From contig OZ024740.1 in NCBI GenBank assembly GCA_964016885.1, forward strand, positions 27,342,001-27,406,000: a stretch of DNA of 64,000 nucleotides, read 5' to 3'. Every line of letters starts with the position of its first letter. Position 1 is the first letter of the stretch. This document shows positions 47,601 through 60,548 of this stretch, piece by piece. Below the pieces are notes generated by a model that saw only the letters and a program-made list of their open reading frames with translations, ran no database searches and had not been told where the DNA came from. Made by a program: the position numbers and the translations under genes. This stretch comes from Eledone cirrhosa (taxonomy: Eukaryota).

Positions 47601-48358
47601 ACATGTAGTCTATAAATTGCGTTTCCTGGATTGTGTGAGTGATGATGTGTGCGAGGACAGTTGTGTTGTTCTGCTTCTCATTTGTAATATTTTTGATATT
47701 TTTGGTGTTTCTCTACACACGGGCTTCTATATCGTACAGGTGTGTGTGAAAAATACTTTACCAGTACAGCCCCTATGAAGCTCTTGATTGCCTGCTTTGA
47801 CTGCTTATATTACATGTAACAATCTGCCGCAGTGTAATCTTGTATAAATAGGACACGCGTGCATGCCTCACGTGTTACTGTTGCATACACTGGCTACTCC
47901 AAACTATCCCCTTGCTTTATCTTCGTATACTGCCAATGTTTTATTTTAATTTTAATTTTGTCCTTTAATAAGACAGTAATCTTTGTATGTAAATTGCCAT
48001 GCTATATTATTATAATGGATGTCAACCCACTGTGGGTCAATATATACATATGTTTCTATATGTCTCTTGTGTTGGAAAGGAGGTCTAGTATGTAAACAAT
48101 CACTGAATAATTGCTCCGAAGATACCAAACCTCGGTTTGGAAGAAACAATTGTAAGCAAATAAATGATTTAAACAGAACTTTGATTGATGTAATTTCTAT
48201 ATAACTGCTATGTAAAACAACTGATGTTGTTACATTGAGCTATTTATCTTACTGGTAATAAGATAGTAATAAATTACTGTCTTTCACTATTTAGGGTTTA
48301 AAATATATATAACTATAAAAGGTTTTAGTATATACATAACCATAAATAGTATCCTTAA

Positions 48359-48362
<4 letters not shown>
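44630..48362 (+). mobile_element. Penelope-like element with RT (stops), N-rich linker, GIY-YIG and long 3' UTR
   Basis: QFDINSYY, MGSSDSAQVTDL, LYRDDAL, VNFLD; ORF 45644..46630 has CNCRSNRTCPL, IIYSC, TYIGST, RYNLH, CNLCLLE; tail 48200-48362 matches 20410-20575. Confidence 0.92.
48111..48159 (+). ncRNA. Hammerhead with CCGAAGA core in a PLE 3' end
   Basis: TTGCT-CCGAAGA-TA-CCAAAC-CTCG-GTTTGG-AA-GAAA-CAATTG-TA-AGCAA, followed by AATAAA. Confidence 0.75.
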
Positions 48363-48433
<71 letters not shown>

Positions 48434-48470
48434 AATATACACGGGTGTGTGTGATTGTGTATAGAAGATT

Positions 48471-48874
48471 ATATTAATAAAAGGAATTCCAACTTTGTCT
48501 GATTTACTAGTTTTATTTACAATCCTTTAAAATTTATAATGGTATTAGAATGAAATAGTATGGTAGAATAGTAAATGTTAAGTGTTAATTGAACAAGTAC
48601 TTTCATGCTTTTGAAATCTTCAGGTTCATATTATGTGGTGACAGTCAAGTTTGCAATTTTCAACTTTGCAATTTCAAGTTGAAAATTGATTGCAAACTTG
48701 ACGGTCACCACAGAATGTGAACCTGAAGATTGCGAAAGCATGAAAGTACTTGTTCAATTAACACTTAACATTTAATATTCTACCATACTATTTCATTCTA
48801 ATACCATTATAAATGTTCAAGGATTGTAAATAAAACGAGTAAATCAGACAAAGTTGTAATTCCTTTTATTAATA
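48471..48874. mobile_element. ORF-less fold-back element, ~187-bp arms, one HHR per arm
   Basis: Arms 48471-48657 and 48689-48874; the spacer itself contains a nested inversion. Confidence 0.88.
48718..48756 (+). ncRNA. Minimal 39-nt hammerhead ribozyme (mirror at 48590-48628, minus strand)
   Basis: TGAAC-CTGAAGA-T-TGC-GAAA-GCA-T-GAAA-GTAC-TT-GTTCA; GNRA loop 2, palindromic GTAC, CUU site. Confidence 0.85.
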
Positions 48875-48902
48875 TATATATACATACATATATATACACA
48901 CA

Positions 48903-48990
<88 letters not shown>

Positions 48991-49066
48991 CATATATATA
49001 TATATATAATAAACATATATATATATATATATATACATATAAACATATATATATATATATATAATA

Positions 49067-49178
<112 letters not shown>

Positions 49179-49449
49179 ATATATATATATATATAAACAT
49201 ATATATATATATAAACATATATATATATATGTAAACATATGTATATATATATATATAAACATATATATATATATATATATATAAACATATATATATATAT
49301 ATATAAACATATATATATAAACATATATATATATATATGTAAACATATATATATATATGTAAACATATATATATATATATAAACATATATATATATATAT
49401 AAACATATATATATATATATATAAACATATATATATATATATATATATA

Positions 49450-49568
<119 letters not shown>

Positions 49569-49592
49569 ATATATATATATACATATATAAAC

Positions 49593-49623
<31 letters not shown>

Positions 49624-49745
49624 AACATATATATATATATATAAACATATATATATATATATAAACATATACATATATATATATATATATATATGAGAGA
49701 CGTAAAATAAGAAAATTATAAAGTTAACTTACTTACTTAAATTTC

Positions 49746-49827
49746 ACTCCCAACTAATTAGTTTCTGAAAGGGATTAAACGTACTATCCGAAGAGAGCAC
49801 AGAGAAGCCTTTCGTCATCAGGGAAGT
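49746..49827 (-). ncRNA. Type I hammerhead ribozyme, unit 1
   Basis: Minus strand ACTTCC-CTGATGA-C-GAAAGG-[GTGCT..TC-TTCG-GA..AGTAC]-CCTTTC-A-GAAA-CTAATTAG-TT-GGGAGT. Confidence 0.85.
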
Positions 49828-50266
49828 CTATTCTCAGCTAAGTTTCCAGGCAATACGCAGACACAGGGAACTTATACAAAAATAATTCAGTGGATGGAAA
49901 AAGCAAAGTGAGGACTAATTCCAAGCCATTGATAAAATCACTGCCTACTGTGTCGGTGGCAAATTCAAAAGAATCAATCACGTGACATCGAGGTCAATCA
50001 GTGGATAGTGGTTTGTTAGTAAGACAGCAGCCGTATTGTTACTATAGCAGTAGTTTTGGCCATCTTTGCTCGACAAATAATTTTGGAGATAATTATAAAG
50101 AATTAGTATATCTAGTAACATATATATACACAGATGCATACTTATGTTAGCAAATATATAGGTTTTGTCTTAGTAACTATGTGGTTCAATGCATGGGGTA
50201 GCAGAACAATAATATGAGAGACGTAAAATAAGAAAATTAAAAAATTAACTGACTTACTTAAATTTC

Positions 50267-50348
50267 ACTCCCAACTAATTAGTTTCTTAAAGGGATTAAA
50301 CGTACTATCCGAAGAGAGCACGGAGAAGCCTTTCATCATCAGGGACGT
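50267..50348 (-). ncRNA. Type I hammerhead ribozyme, unit 2
   Basis: Minus strand ACGTCC-CTGATGA-T-GAAAGG...CCTTTA-A-GAAA-CTAATTAG-TT-GGGAGT; intact core, one mismatch each in stems I and II. Confidence 0.8.
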
Positions 50349-50848
50349 CTATTCTCAGCTAAGTTTCCAGGCAATACGTGGACACAGGGAACTTATACAA
50401 AAATAATTCTGTGGATGGGAAAAGCAAAGCGAGGACTAATTCCAAGCCATTGATAAAATCACTGCCTACTGCGTCGGTGGCAAATTCAAAAGAATCAATC
50501 ACGTGACATCGCGGTCAATCAGTGGATAGTGGTTTGTTAGTAAGACAGCAGCCGCATTGTTACTATAGCAGCAGTTTTGGCCATTTTTGCTCGACAAATA
50601 ATTTTTGAGCTAATTATAAAGAATTAGTATATTATATATAAATTGACTTGTATATATATATATATATAAACATATATATATATAAACATATATATATATA
50701 TAACCATATATATATATATAAACATATATATATATATATAAACATAAATATATAAACATATATATATATATATAAACATATATATATATATATAAACATA
50801 TATATATATAAACATATATATATATATAAACATATATATATATATATA

Positions 50849-50883
<35 letters not shown>

Positions 50884-50939
50884 ATATATATATATATATA
50901 TATATATAAACATATATATACATATATATATATATAAAC

Positions 50940-50985
<46 letters not shown>

Positions 50986-51066
50986 ATATATATATATATA
51001 TATATATAAACATATATATAAACATATCTATATACATAAACATATATATATATATATATATATACG

Positions 51067-51184
<118 letters not shown>

Positions 51185-51799
51185 TATACCATTTAAGTTA
51201 TTTTGATCACCTAATTGTAGAGCCGATGATTCTGGTATACAAATCTGTATGCAACGAATTAGTAAACCACTCAACGTTATATACGTCATCCATCGTAGAT
51301 GTGGTATCTAGTGTCTGTCACAGGAAACGGACTAAAGTATTTAAAACGACAACAGAAGTCCGGACTGGAAGATATGTTGCAAATGTTAATTCCGTGAAAT
51401 CACTATACATATTTCAATGGCCCAGCTCCATCATCCAGTTATGATGCAAGACAAGACGGTCTCAGCTGGAAACTTCAAAAGAATTACAAAACAGAGTTAC
51501 GTAGAAACGTGGGAGCTGTCACCGCACACTACTGATAGTCTCCAAGTCAAATTTTCATTTTTCATTTTTCAATTTCCTATTCTTTTCCCTTTCTTCCATC
51601 ATAAGTATGGGTTCAAAACTCACCTAATATACACATTCATCAAACCATCACAAAATATAAAACAGATTCCACATACCAGCATCAGCAACAACACCCTGTT
51701 TACACCCACAGAGAACAAAACTAGACACACAACCACCAACACACACCACATGTAAGACACCGACAATGTGTAACAATACACAACACATACAGACGGGAA

Positions 51800-53795
51800 A
51801 CTCTTACCAATAACACACACTAACAACACAGACTATACAACCTCCAATATCACCATCACAACACTTACCAATAACACACACTATACAACCTCCAATATCA
51901 CCATTACAACACTTACCAATAACACACACTATACAACCTCCAATATCACCATCACAACACTTACCAATAACACACACTAATAACACACACTAACAACACA
52001 CACTATACAACCTCCAATAGCACCATCACAACACTTACCAATAACACACACTAACAACACACACTAACAACACGCACTATACAACCTCCAATATCACCAT
52101 CACAACACTTACCAATAACACACACTAACAACACACACTAACAACACACACTATACAACCTCCAATATCACCATCACAACTCTTACCAATAACACACACT
52201 ATCAACACACACACTATACAACCTCCAATATCACCATCACAACACTTACCAATAACACACACTAACAACACACACTATACAACCTCCAATAATACCATCA
52301 CAACTCTTACCAATAACACACACTAACAACACACACTAACAACACACACTATACAACCTCCAATATCACCATCACAACACTTACCAATAACACACACTAA
52401 CAACACACACTAACAACACACACTATACAACCTCCGATATCACCATCACAACTCTTACCAATAACACACACTAACAACACACACTAACAACACACACTAT
52501 ACAACACACACTATACAACCTCCAATATCACCATCACAACACTTACCAACAACACACACTAACAACACACACTAACAACACGCACTAACAACACACACTA
52601 ACAACACACACTAACAACACGCACTATACAACCTCCAATATCACCATCACAACACTTACCAATAACACACACTAACAACACACACTAACAACACGCACTA
52701 ACAACACACACTAACAACACGCACTATACAACCTCCGATATCACCATCACAACTCTTACCAATAACACACACTAACAACACACACTAACAACACACACTA
52801 TACAACACACACTATACAACCTCCAATATCACCATCACAACACTTACCAATAACACACACTAACAACACACACTAACAACACGCACTAACAACACACACT
52901 AACAACACACACTATACAACCTCCGATATCACCATCACAACTCTTACCAATAACACACACTAACAACACACACTAACAACACACACTAACAACACACACT
53001 ATACAACCTCCGATATCACCATCACAACTCTTACCAATAACACACACTAATAACACACACTAACAACACACACTATACAACCTTCACTATCACCATCACA
53101 ACACTTACCAATAACACACACTAACAACACACACTAACAACACACACTAAACAACCTCCAATATCACCATCACGACTCTTACCAATAACACACACTAATA
53201 ACACACACTAACAACACACACTATACAACCTTCACTATCACCATCACAACACTTACCAATAACACACACTAACAACACACACTAACAACACACACTATAC
53301 AACCTCCAATATCACCATCACGACTCTTACCAATAACACACACTAATAACACACACTAACAACACACACTATACAACCTTCACTATCACCATCACATACT
53401 TACCAATAACACACACTAACAACACACACTATACAACCTCCAATATCACCATCACAACACTTACCAATAACACACACTAACAACACACACTAACAACACG
53501 CACTATACAACCTCCAATATCACCATCACAACTCTTACCAATAGCACACACTAACAACACACACTAACAACACACACTATACAACCTTCAATATCACCAT
53601 CACAACACTTACCAATAACACACACTAACAACACACACTAACAACACACACTATACAACCTCCAATATCACCATCACAACTCTTACCAATAACCAACAAC
53701 AAGAGAGACTATACAACGTCCAATATCACCATCACAACACTTCCCAATAACCAACAACAATAGAGACTATACAACCACCAATATCGCCATCACAA
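51800..53795. repeat. C/A-rich compound minisatellite
   Basis: Unit CTATACAACCTCCAATATCACCATCACAACACTTACCAATAACACACA plus a variable number of CTAACAACACACA subunits. Confidence 0.95.
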
Positions 53796-54156
53796 CAACA
53801 AGCCTCTACTCCCAAACCAACCAACAACCCGAACGTTAATAAGATAGAACATTTGCCTACATCCATCAACTTTCCAAACTATCTCCTATGACTTTACCTT
53901 TTGTTACGCCATCGTTGTCATAGTTACAGATAATCAAATTATTGATCTCTACATTGCTATTTTCTATCCTTTATTTCGCTTTAAACTTTTTTCTCTCCTT
54001 TCACTTTAGATTTCCACATCCGTTCCAACATTTTTCTTCCTTTATACATCTTTATTTATCTCCATCTTCTTATCTTTTCATTTATCAACAATCTCTCTCT
54101 CTCTCTCTCCGTGTGTATATATATATATATATGTTTCTCTTTCTCTCTCTCTCTTT

Positions 54157-54223
<67 letters not shown>

Positions 54224-54277
54224 AATAGGCATATAAATATATATACACGCTCATATATAGGCATATATATATATATA

Positions 54278-54786
54278 CTAGCAGTGGTACCCGGCGTTGC
54301 ACTGGATAAGGTATTTTGGAACGCGGGCCGCCAACAGACCTAATCGTGGAAAAACTGCATGCCTGGACAATATGTAAAGAAAATAAACCGAATATTCTGA
54401 TGCAATTAGTATTAGGTATGCTTCTCTTTCCACGTGGAGAAATCGGCTTGGTACTTTTGGACTTTAATAAAGTGGCATGAGTCAGCAAGACAGATGTCAC
54501 CACTTATGTCAGAGGGAAGTCTGCAAATGTTGAGCAAGGCATGACGTGCAATCGGACAGACAAAAAATGAATTTTTTCTATGTGCATAATTTGCCTTGAA
54601 ATTTCGGGAAAATCGGTCTCAAGTAACGCCTCAAAAGACCCCTAAAAACCTGAAAAAATGAAGTTTTTCACCTAATGCGGGCTCTAGGGGATCAAAAAGT
54701 TGAATTTGTTTATATGCATAACACTCCCTGAAACGTAAGTAATACACACACACACAGACAGACATTCTCTGTTTTATATAGAGAGA
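54278..54786 (-). mobile_element. Non-autonomous Helitron-like element
   Basis: Minus strand begins A|TC and ends CTAG|T, preceded by the imperfect hairpin CCAGTGCAACGCCGG; a related 3' hairpin lies at 62345-62360. Confidence 0.65.
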
Positions 54787-55128
54787 TTTTCTACAATACT
54801 AAGCGGTAAAATAGTAACGTTGGTTCTCGTAAAGGCTACCTTGTAGTATGTTGATATAAAGTATTTACTCACAGTTGTATAAATAACATTACAAATCATT
54901 TATAATTCTTACAAAATATAAAATGTACACACAAATAAAATATACAATACTTTATTTCTCAAGTAATTCGCATAAAAATATAAAATCAAAACGAAAAAAT
55001 AATGATATAGGGTTGTTGAGGCATATAGCGATGTTTTTCTTTACCGGCCTTCATTTTTAGTGTTGTGTGAAATATATAACTTGCAAACCGAATTTTTGAA
55101 TCGCAGCAGGATCGACATTATTTCACTC

Positions 55129-55313
55129 GGTGGATTGGCAGTATCGGTAGAGGGTCGGACGCCATGCTTTCCAGCATAGTTACGTCCCTTTACGATCTGA
55201 GTTCAAATCCCGCCGAGGTTGACTTTGCCTTTCATCCTTACGGGGTCGATAAAATAAAGTACCAGTAATGCACTGGGTAATTGTTGGCCTTGTGCCTGAA
55301 GTAGAAACAATTA
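55129..55313 (+). mobile_element. SINE, young copy
   Basis: Only a few differences from 1818-2002. Confidence 0.9.
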
Positions 55314-55898
55314 TTTCACTCGCTCCACTAATGTTAGGTAAGGAGCAATCCACGTCGTATTTCTCACCCACCCTAGAACAATGTGCACGATGTCTATGTA
55401 ATGAGAAACACACATTTAAAGAAAAGAAAATGGAAACGTCCTAACCGGGTGGGGAGAATGGGTGGGAGTGCAGCGAGAGCGTTAAGCGGGTGGGGTAATT
55501 GGAACGCCTTAGCTAAGCTTAGTATTGCCACAACCACGGCTGGCAAATAAGTAAGGGTCTGGTGGTACGTAAGTAAGCAACACTGTGAAAACTGGTGTTA
55601 TTAGCAGCTAAATACATTTGCTTAAAATGTGATGAAAAAGTTATGTGCACTTACCAACTGTTTGGGGAATGAGTGTGAGATTTGCCTTGAGCAGAGGTGG
55701 CAAACAACAGGAGGCAGTGGGCCGTAAGCGGTAATTCTGCACGCAGAGAGAATTGTTGGAAGATGGTACCTGTCGCAAGTCCGTCCACGAATTGCGTCAC
55801 GATTGGGCAGAAGACGTCAGTCGGAAGGTACGACGTAGGCAATTGTGTGAAGTTCGAGCGGGGTGGGCATGTTTAAGTAAGGCTTTTTTGGGTGATTC

Positions 55899-56312
55899 CA
55901 AAAAATGAATTTTTTTCTGGGCATAATATGCCTTGAAATTTCGGGAAAATCGGCTAGACGTAACGCCTCAAAATAGCCCTAAAAAGCCGAAAAATTGAAG
56001 TTTTTCACCTAATGCCGGCCCTAGGCTATAAAAAAGTTGGATTTTCTTTCCTCGCGGTATGAAGAAGAGACTAACTAATACATAGTTACAATTTCAAGGA
56101 AATCGGTCTGATGTAACGCTTCAAAAAACCCCTTAAAAGCTGAAAAAAAAACGCAGTTTTTCACCTACTGTGGGCGCTAGGGAATCAAAATGTTGAATTT
56201 TAAAAGTTGAAACATAAGTAATACACATGAAAAGTTTGAAAAAAATCGGTTGGGTACTTCTCGAGTTTTGGGGAATCAAACTCACACACACACAGACAGA
56301 CATTCTCAGTTT

Positions 56313-56317
<5 letters not shown>
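55899..56317 (-). mobile_element. Partial copy of the Helitron-like family with an internal subrepeat
   Basis: Matches 54561-54780 (TTGAAATTTCGGGAAAATCGG...TTTTTCACCTAATG; CACACAGACAGACATTCTC); the subunit occurs twice. Confidence 0.65.
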
Positions 56318-56366
<49 letters not shown>

Positions 56367-56367
56367 C

Positions 56368-56407
<40 letters not shown>

Positions 56408-57180
56408 GGTTATACAAGAATACCCGATGAAACTCAACAACGCAGCCATCTCCAAGGCTAAGAACATCCCAATAACAACACTGAGAAAACCAAACCCACA
56501 ACATAAAAAAGAAAACCGTGCTATCTCTTTTGTCATGAATCACAACCCAGGGAACGTCAACATTGTGAAAACTGCTAAGCAGTATCTCCCGATTCTACAG
56601 CAATCTACCAAAATGAATGCACTCTTAAAAAACACACAGATAATTTATAGCAGACGCCAAGCACCCAACCTTAAAAAACTAATTACCAAGGCAAAATTTA
56701 CGACCAACATGGAATCAATGCAAGTGACGAAATGCGGGGACCCTAGATGTGGAACCTGTGAACTCATCGAAGAGGGCAAACAGTTGTCCTTCAAAAACCA
56801 TGATAATTTCAAGGTCAATGCAAACATGAACTGCAAAACGAAAAACCTAATATATTGCGCAACATGTCCACAGTGTAAAGAGTATTACATTGGGGAAACC
56901 GGAACGGGACTACATGATAGAGTCCGGGTACACAAACAACAAATTAAAGACCCCAGAGTCAGAAATACCACGTGTAGCGCACACTTTGCATCATGCGGGA
57001 AGGGAAAATTCACAATCTTGCCTTTCTTCAAGATATGGTCGGATAACGAACATTTCCGCAGATATAAAGAAGAATTCTTCATTGAAAAATTTAAACCACT
57101 ACTGAACACGAAAAAATGAATTAACACTCGGAGGTAAAATTCCATTTCACTACCCCTCCCCCCCTCTTCTTATGTGTACA
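56408..57180 (+). mobile_element. 5'-truncated PLE, GIY-YIG end (Neptune-like Cys-rich linker)
   Basis: Uninterrupted ORF 56427..57119: RRQAPNLK, CGDPRCGTC, NCKTKNLIYCATCPQCKEYYIGETG, RVRVH, LN. Confidence 0.88.
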
Positions 57181-57562
57181 CATGAATATCTGAGTGAACG
57201 GTGAGACACACACACATATATATGTGTAGGTATGTATGGATGTATGTACGTGTGGGTATATATGTATGTGGGTGTGTGTATGTGTGTGTATATATATGTA
57301 GGGATGTGTGTATGTATGTATGTGTGTGTGTATATATATATGTATATGTGTGTATGTATATATATATATATGTATATGTATGTATGTGTATATTTGTATA
57401 TATATATATGTATATATATATATATAGAGAGAGAGAGATATGTTTATATATGTGTGTGTGTGTGTGTATATATATGTATATATATGTGTGTGTGTGTATG
57501 TATGTGCATATGTGTGTACGTATATGTATGTTTCTGTATGTGTATATGTATGTATGTATGTA

Positions 57563-57642
<80 letters not shown>

Positions 57643-57649
<7 letters not shown>

Positions 57650-58082
57650 AAGTTAAATAAAAGTCAAATGATTAAAATTTAGCTTCGTTTATTACTGCTA
57701 TATATATTTCAGTGACAGCCATCTTTGGCTGTGACCTCTTCAGGCAGTTTGAATTAGTATGGTATAGACAAGTACATATGTTGTTTAGGTGTATGATATT
57801 GTCAATACTCTGATATGCCCAGTTCCTTGTTGGGTTGTTAATTCACTGGGGAACTGGTTGTTAATTCACAGTTCCCCAGTGAATTAACAACCCAACAAGG
57901 AACTGGGCATATCAGAGTATTGACAATATCATACACCTAAACAACATATGTACTTGTCTATACCATACTAATTCAAACTGCCTGAAGAGGTCACAGCCAA
58001 AGATGGCTGTCACTGAAATATATATAGCAGTAATAAACGAAGCTAAATTTTAATCATTTGACTTTTATTTAACTTTATTTTA
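57643..58082. mobile_element. Palindromic ORF-less element, 214-bp arms, one HHR per arm
   Basis: Arms 57643-57856 and 57869-58082 appear exactly complementary; 12-nt spacer GTTGTTAATTCA. Confidence 0.93.
57977..58031 (+). ncRNA. Type I hammerhead ribozyme (mirror at 57694-57748, minus strand)
   Basis: ACTGC-CTGAAGA-GGTCACAGCCA-AAGA-TGGCTGTCACT-GAAA-TATATA-TA-GCAGT, followed by AATAAA. Confidence 0.88.
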
Positions 58083-58179
58083 CACTACTCCGGAGTAACC
58101 AAACCAACCTGCGCACTTCGTCGAGTGCTCCAGCCTGCATACTCAGGTGTTGGTTTACAACCAACATAAACTCAAAATC

Positions 58180-58214
<35 letters not shown>

Positions 58215-58231
58215 GTGTCTTTATGTGTTTG

Positions 58232-58272
<41 letters not shown>

Positions 58273-58363
58273 ATGTGTATATATGTATATGTGTATATAT
58301 ATATGTATATGTGTATGTATATGTATGTGTATGTATATGTGTGTATGTATGTGTTTGTATGTG

Positions 58364-58438
<75 letters not shown>

Positions 58439-58467
58439 ATTATGTAATAAACAACATAAGGCAATTA

Positions 58468-58527
58468 TTCCATTTACCAGTGGTTTCTTAAAAGCAAAAG
58501 ATTTTGCTTTCAATCCTCAGAATGAAA
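58468..58527 (-). ncRNA. Type I hammerhead ribozyme (family of 31507)
   Basis: Minus strand TTTCATT-CTGAGGA-TTGAAAGCAAAA-TC-TTTTGCTTTTAA-GAAA-CCACTGG-TA-AATGGAA. Confidence 0.85.
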
Positions 58528-59590
58528 AAATCCTGGTCTGTTTATTGAATTTGGATTTTAAAAACAAAAATGCAATCTATATGAAAGTGAGGCTGGAGAA
58601 GGAAAGGAAAAATAAAATAAAACTACACATTCAAACACACACACAAAAACACAAAAGCATACATACACACACACACATATATATATATACACATATACAT
58701 ATACACATACATATACATACATATATATAAACATACACATACATACACATATACACATACATACACTCATACATACACACACACACACACACACATATAT
58801 ATACACACATATATACATATACACACATATATATCTATACACATATTCATATATATATATATATACATGTGTGTACAAGCATACACATACACAAACATAG
58901 CCATGCACACACACATATACATACATACATTCACACAATCATACATATATACACACGTACATACATACACATACATAAATGCACTCCTCTACATATTCAC
59001 ACACGCAAATAAATATAATAAAAAAATATATATATATATTAAAACAAATTGTTGACAGCGATACAGAAGGCAGCTAACTGGAAAGACACGCGTGGTAAGT
59101 AATACACACAAATGCACGTATACATACGTACGAAATAGTAAATACATACACACACTCTCACACATAAATATACATATACAAATACATAAACACATACATA
59201 CACATACATACACAATGACGCACACGTATACAATATATACACACACATATGTATATGTAATTATATACACATACATATATATATATATACATAAATATAA
59301 ACATACACACACACACATATAAGTATACATACACACACATATACATACATGGCTATACAATTATACACATACAAATACGTACATATCATAAACACGCACA
59401 ACCAAATACAAACACACACACACACACACATACATATATATATACACATATATATATATACATACATATACATACACATACACACACACATACATGTGTG
59501 TGTGTGTAAAACTCAGTCTTAGATAATTCATATGAACCTTACATATACATATATATAGTAGTAAAGTAATAAAGCAACATAAGGCAATTA

Positions 59591-59650
59591 TTCCATTCAC
59601 CAGTGGTTTCTTAAAAGCAAAAAATGTTTCCTTCAATCTTCAGAATGAAA
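59591..59650 (-). ncRNA. Hammerhead copy, likely inactive (GUG site)
   Basis: Minus strand TTTCATT-CTGAAGA-...-GAAA-CCACTGG-TG-AATGGAA. Confidence 0.65.
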
Positions 59651-59692
59651 AAAACCTGGTCTATCCACATATACATACATATACACACACAA

Positions 59693-59725
<33 letters not shown>

Positions 59726-60204
59726 TATACACACACATACATATATATATATATATACACATATATATATATATATATACACAAATATACATACACATAC
59801 ACATAGGTATGTGAAGGGCAAGGCAAAAAGCATATATGGGGGGGGGGGAGGCATAGGAAAAGGTGAAATATAAGGGGAGGTAAGGGAGAAAAAAATAAAT
59901 ATACAAGAGTACAGAACGTAGAATCAGCAAAATAAAAACCGTAGCAGAAGTAAAGAGCAGAGAAGGAGTTCAAGGTGGTTGATTTATCATAGGAGTATCA
60001 TGGTGGTGTTGGAAACAGTTGTAGCGATTGTATTATAAAACATTTTCATTTTCAGAGATTATTTCATGCTTTTTTGAAATGTCCATATTTTATGATATTG
60101 AGCATGTATTATTGTGATATCAGACAAACACACACGCACATACACACATACACGGACAATCACGAAAACTCACGAACACACACACTATATATATATATAT
60201 GTAA

Positions 60205-60548
60205 ACTGAGTTTTTTGAATATTAATAACATTCGATTCGTTTGCAATTATGTAAACAAGCCTCAATTTTATAGCCATGTTAGTAGAATGAACACCTCATT
60301 ATTGCTCTTATGTTGGTATGCGAACAGAACTGCAGACACTAATGTTTTTGAGTATCACCCTTCATCAGTACAGATCACTGTTCACCTGCCAAACTGTCAG
60401 AGCTAGTGAAAATATATGCTATTTTCAAAAATACACAGTGACTTATTGGACTGATTTGCATATTAGCAGACTGGCTGATCAGTCAGATCTGCATATTAGC
60501 AGATCTACTGATCATCCAGATTTGTATATCAGCATGTAGAGCGAAATT
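60205..60548 (-). mobile_element. Second copy of the 20588-20992 family; HHR at 60328-60375 with GAAA changed to AAAA
   Basis: Colinear similarity; minus strand CTGTA-CTGATGA-A-GGGT-GAT-ACTC-A-AAAA-CATTAGTG-TC-TGCAG. Confidence 0.7.

Larger units (their letters stand above)
49693..50631 (-). mobile_element. Retrozyme-like tandem repeat (521-bp unit, ~1.8 copies)
   Basis: Units start at 49693 and 50214; no ORF of 60 aa or more in the track; one HHR per unit; flanked by (AT)n arrays. Confidence 0.8.

Noticed and set aside
51417-51755. 112-aa ORF as a host gene or PLE remnant
   Set aside because: No recognisable motif
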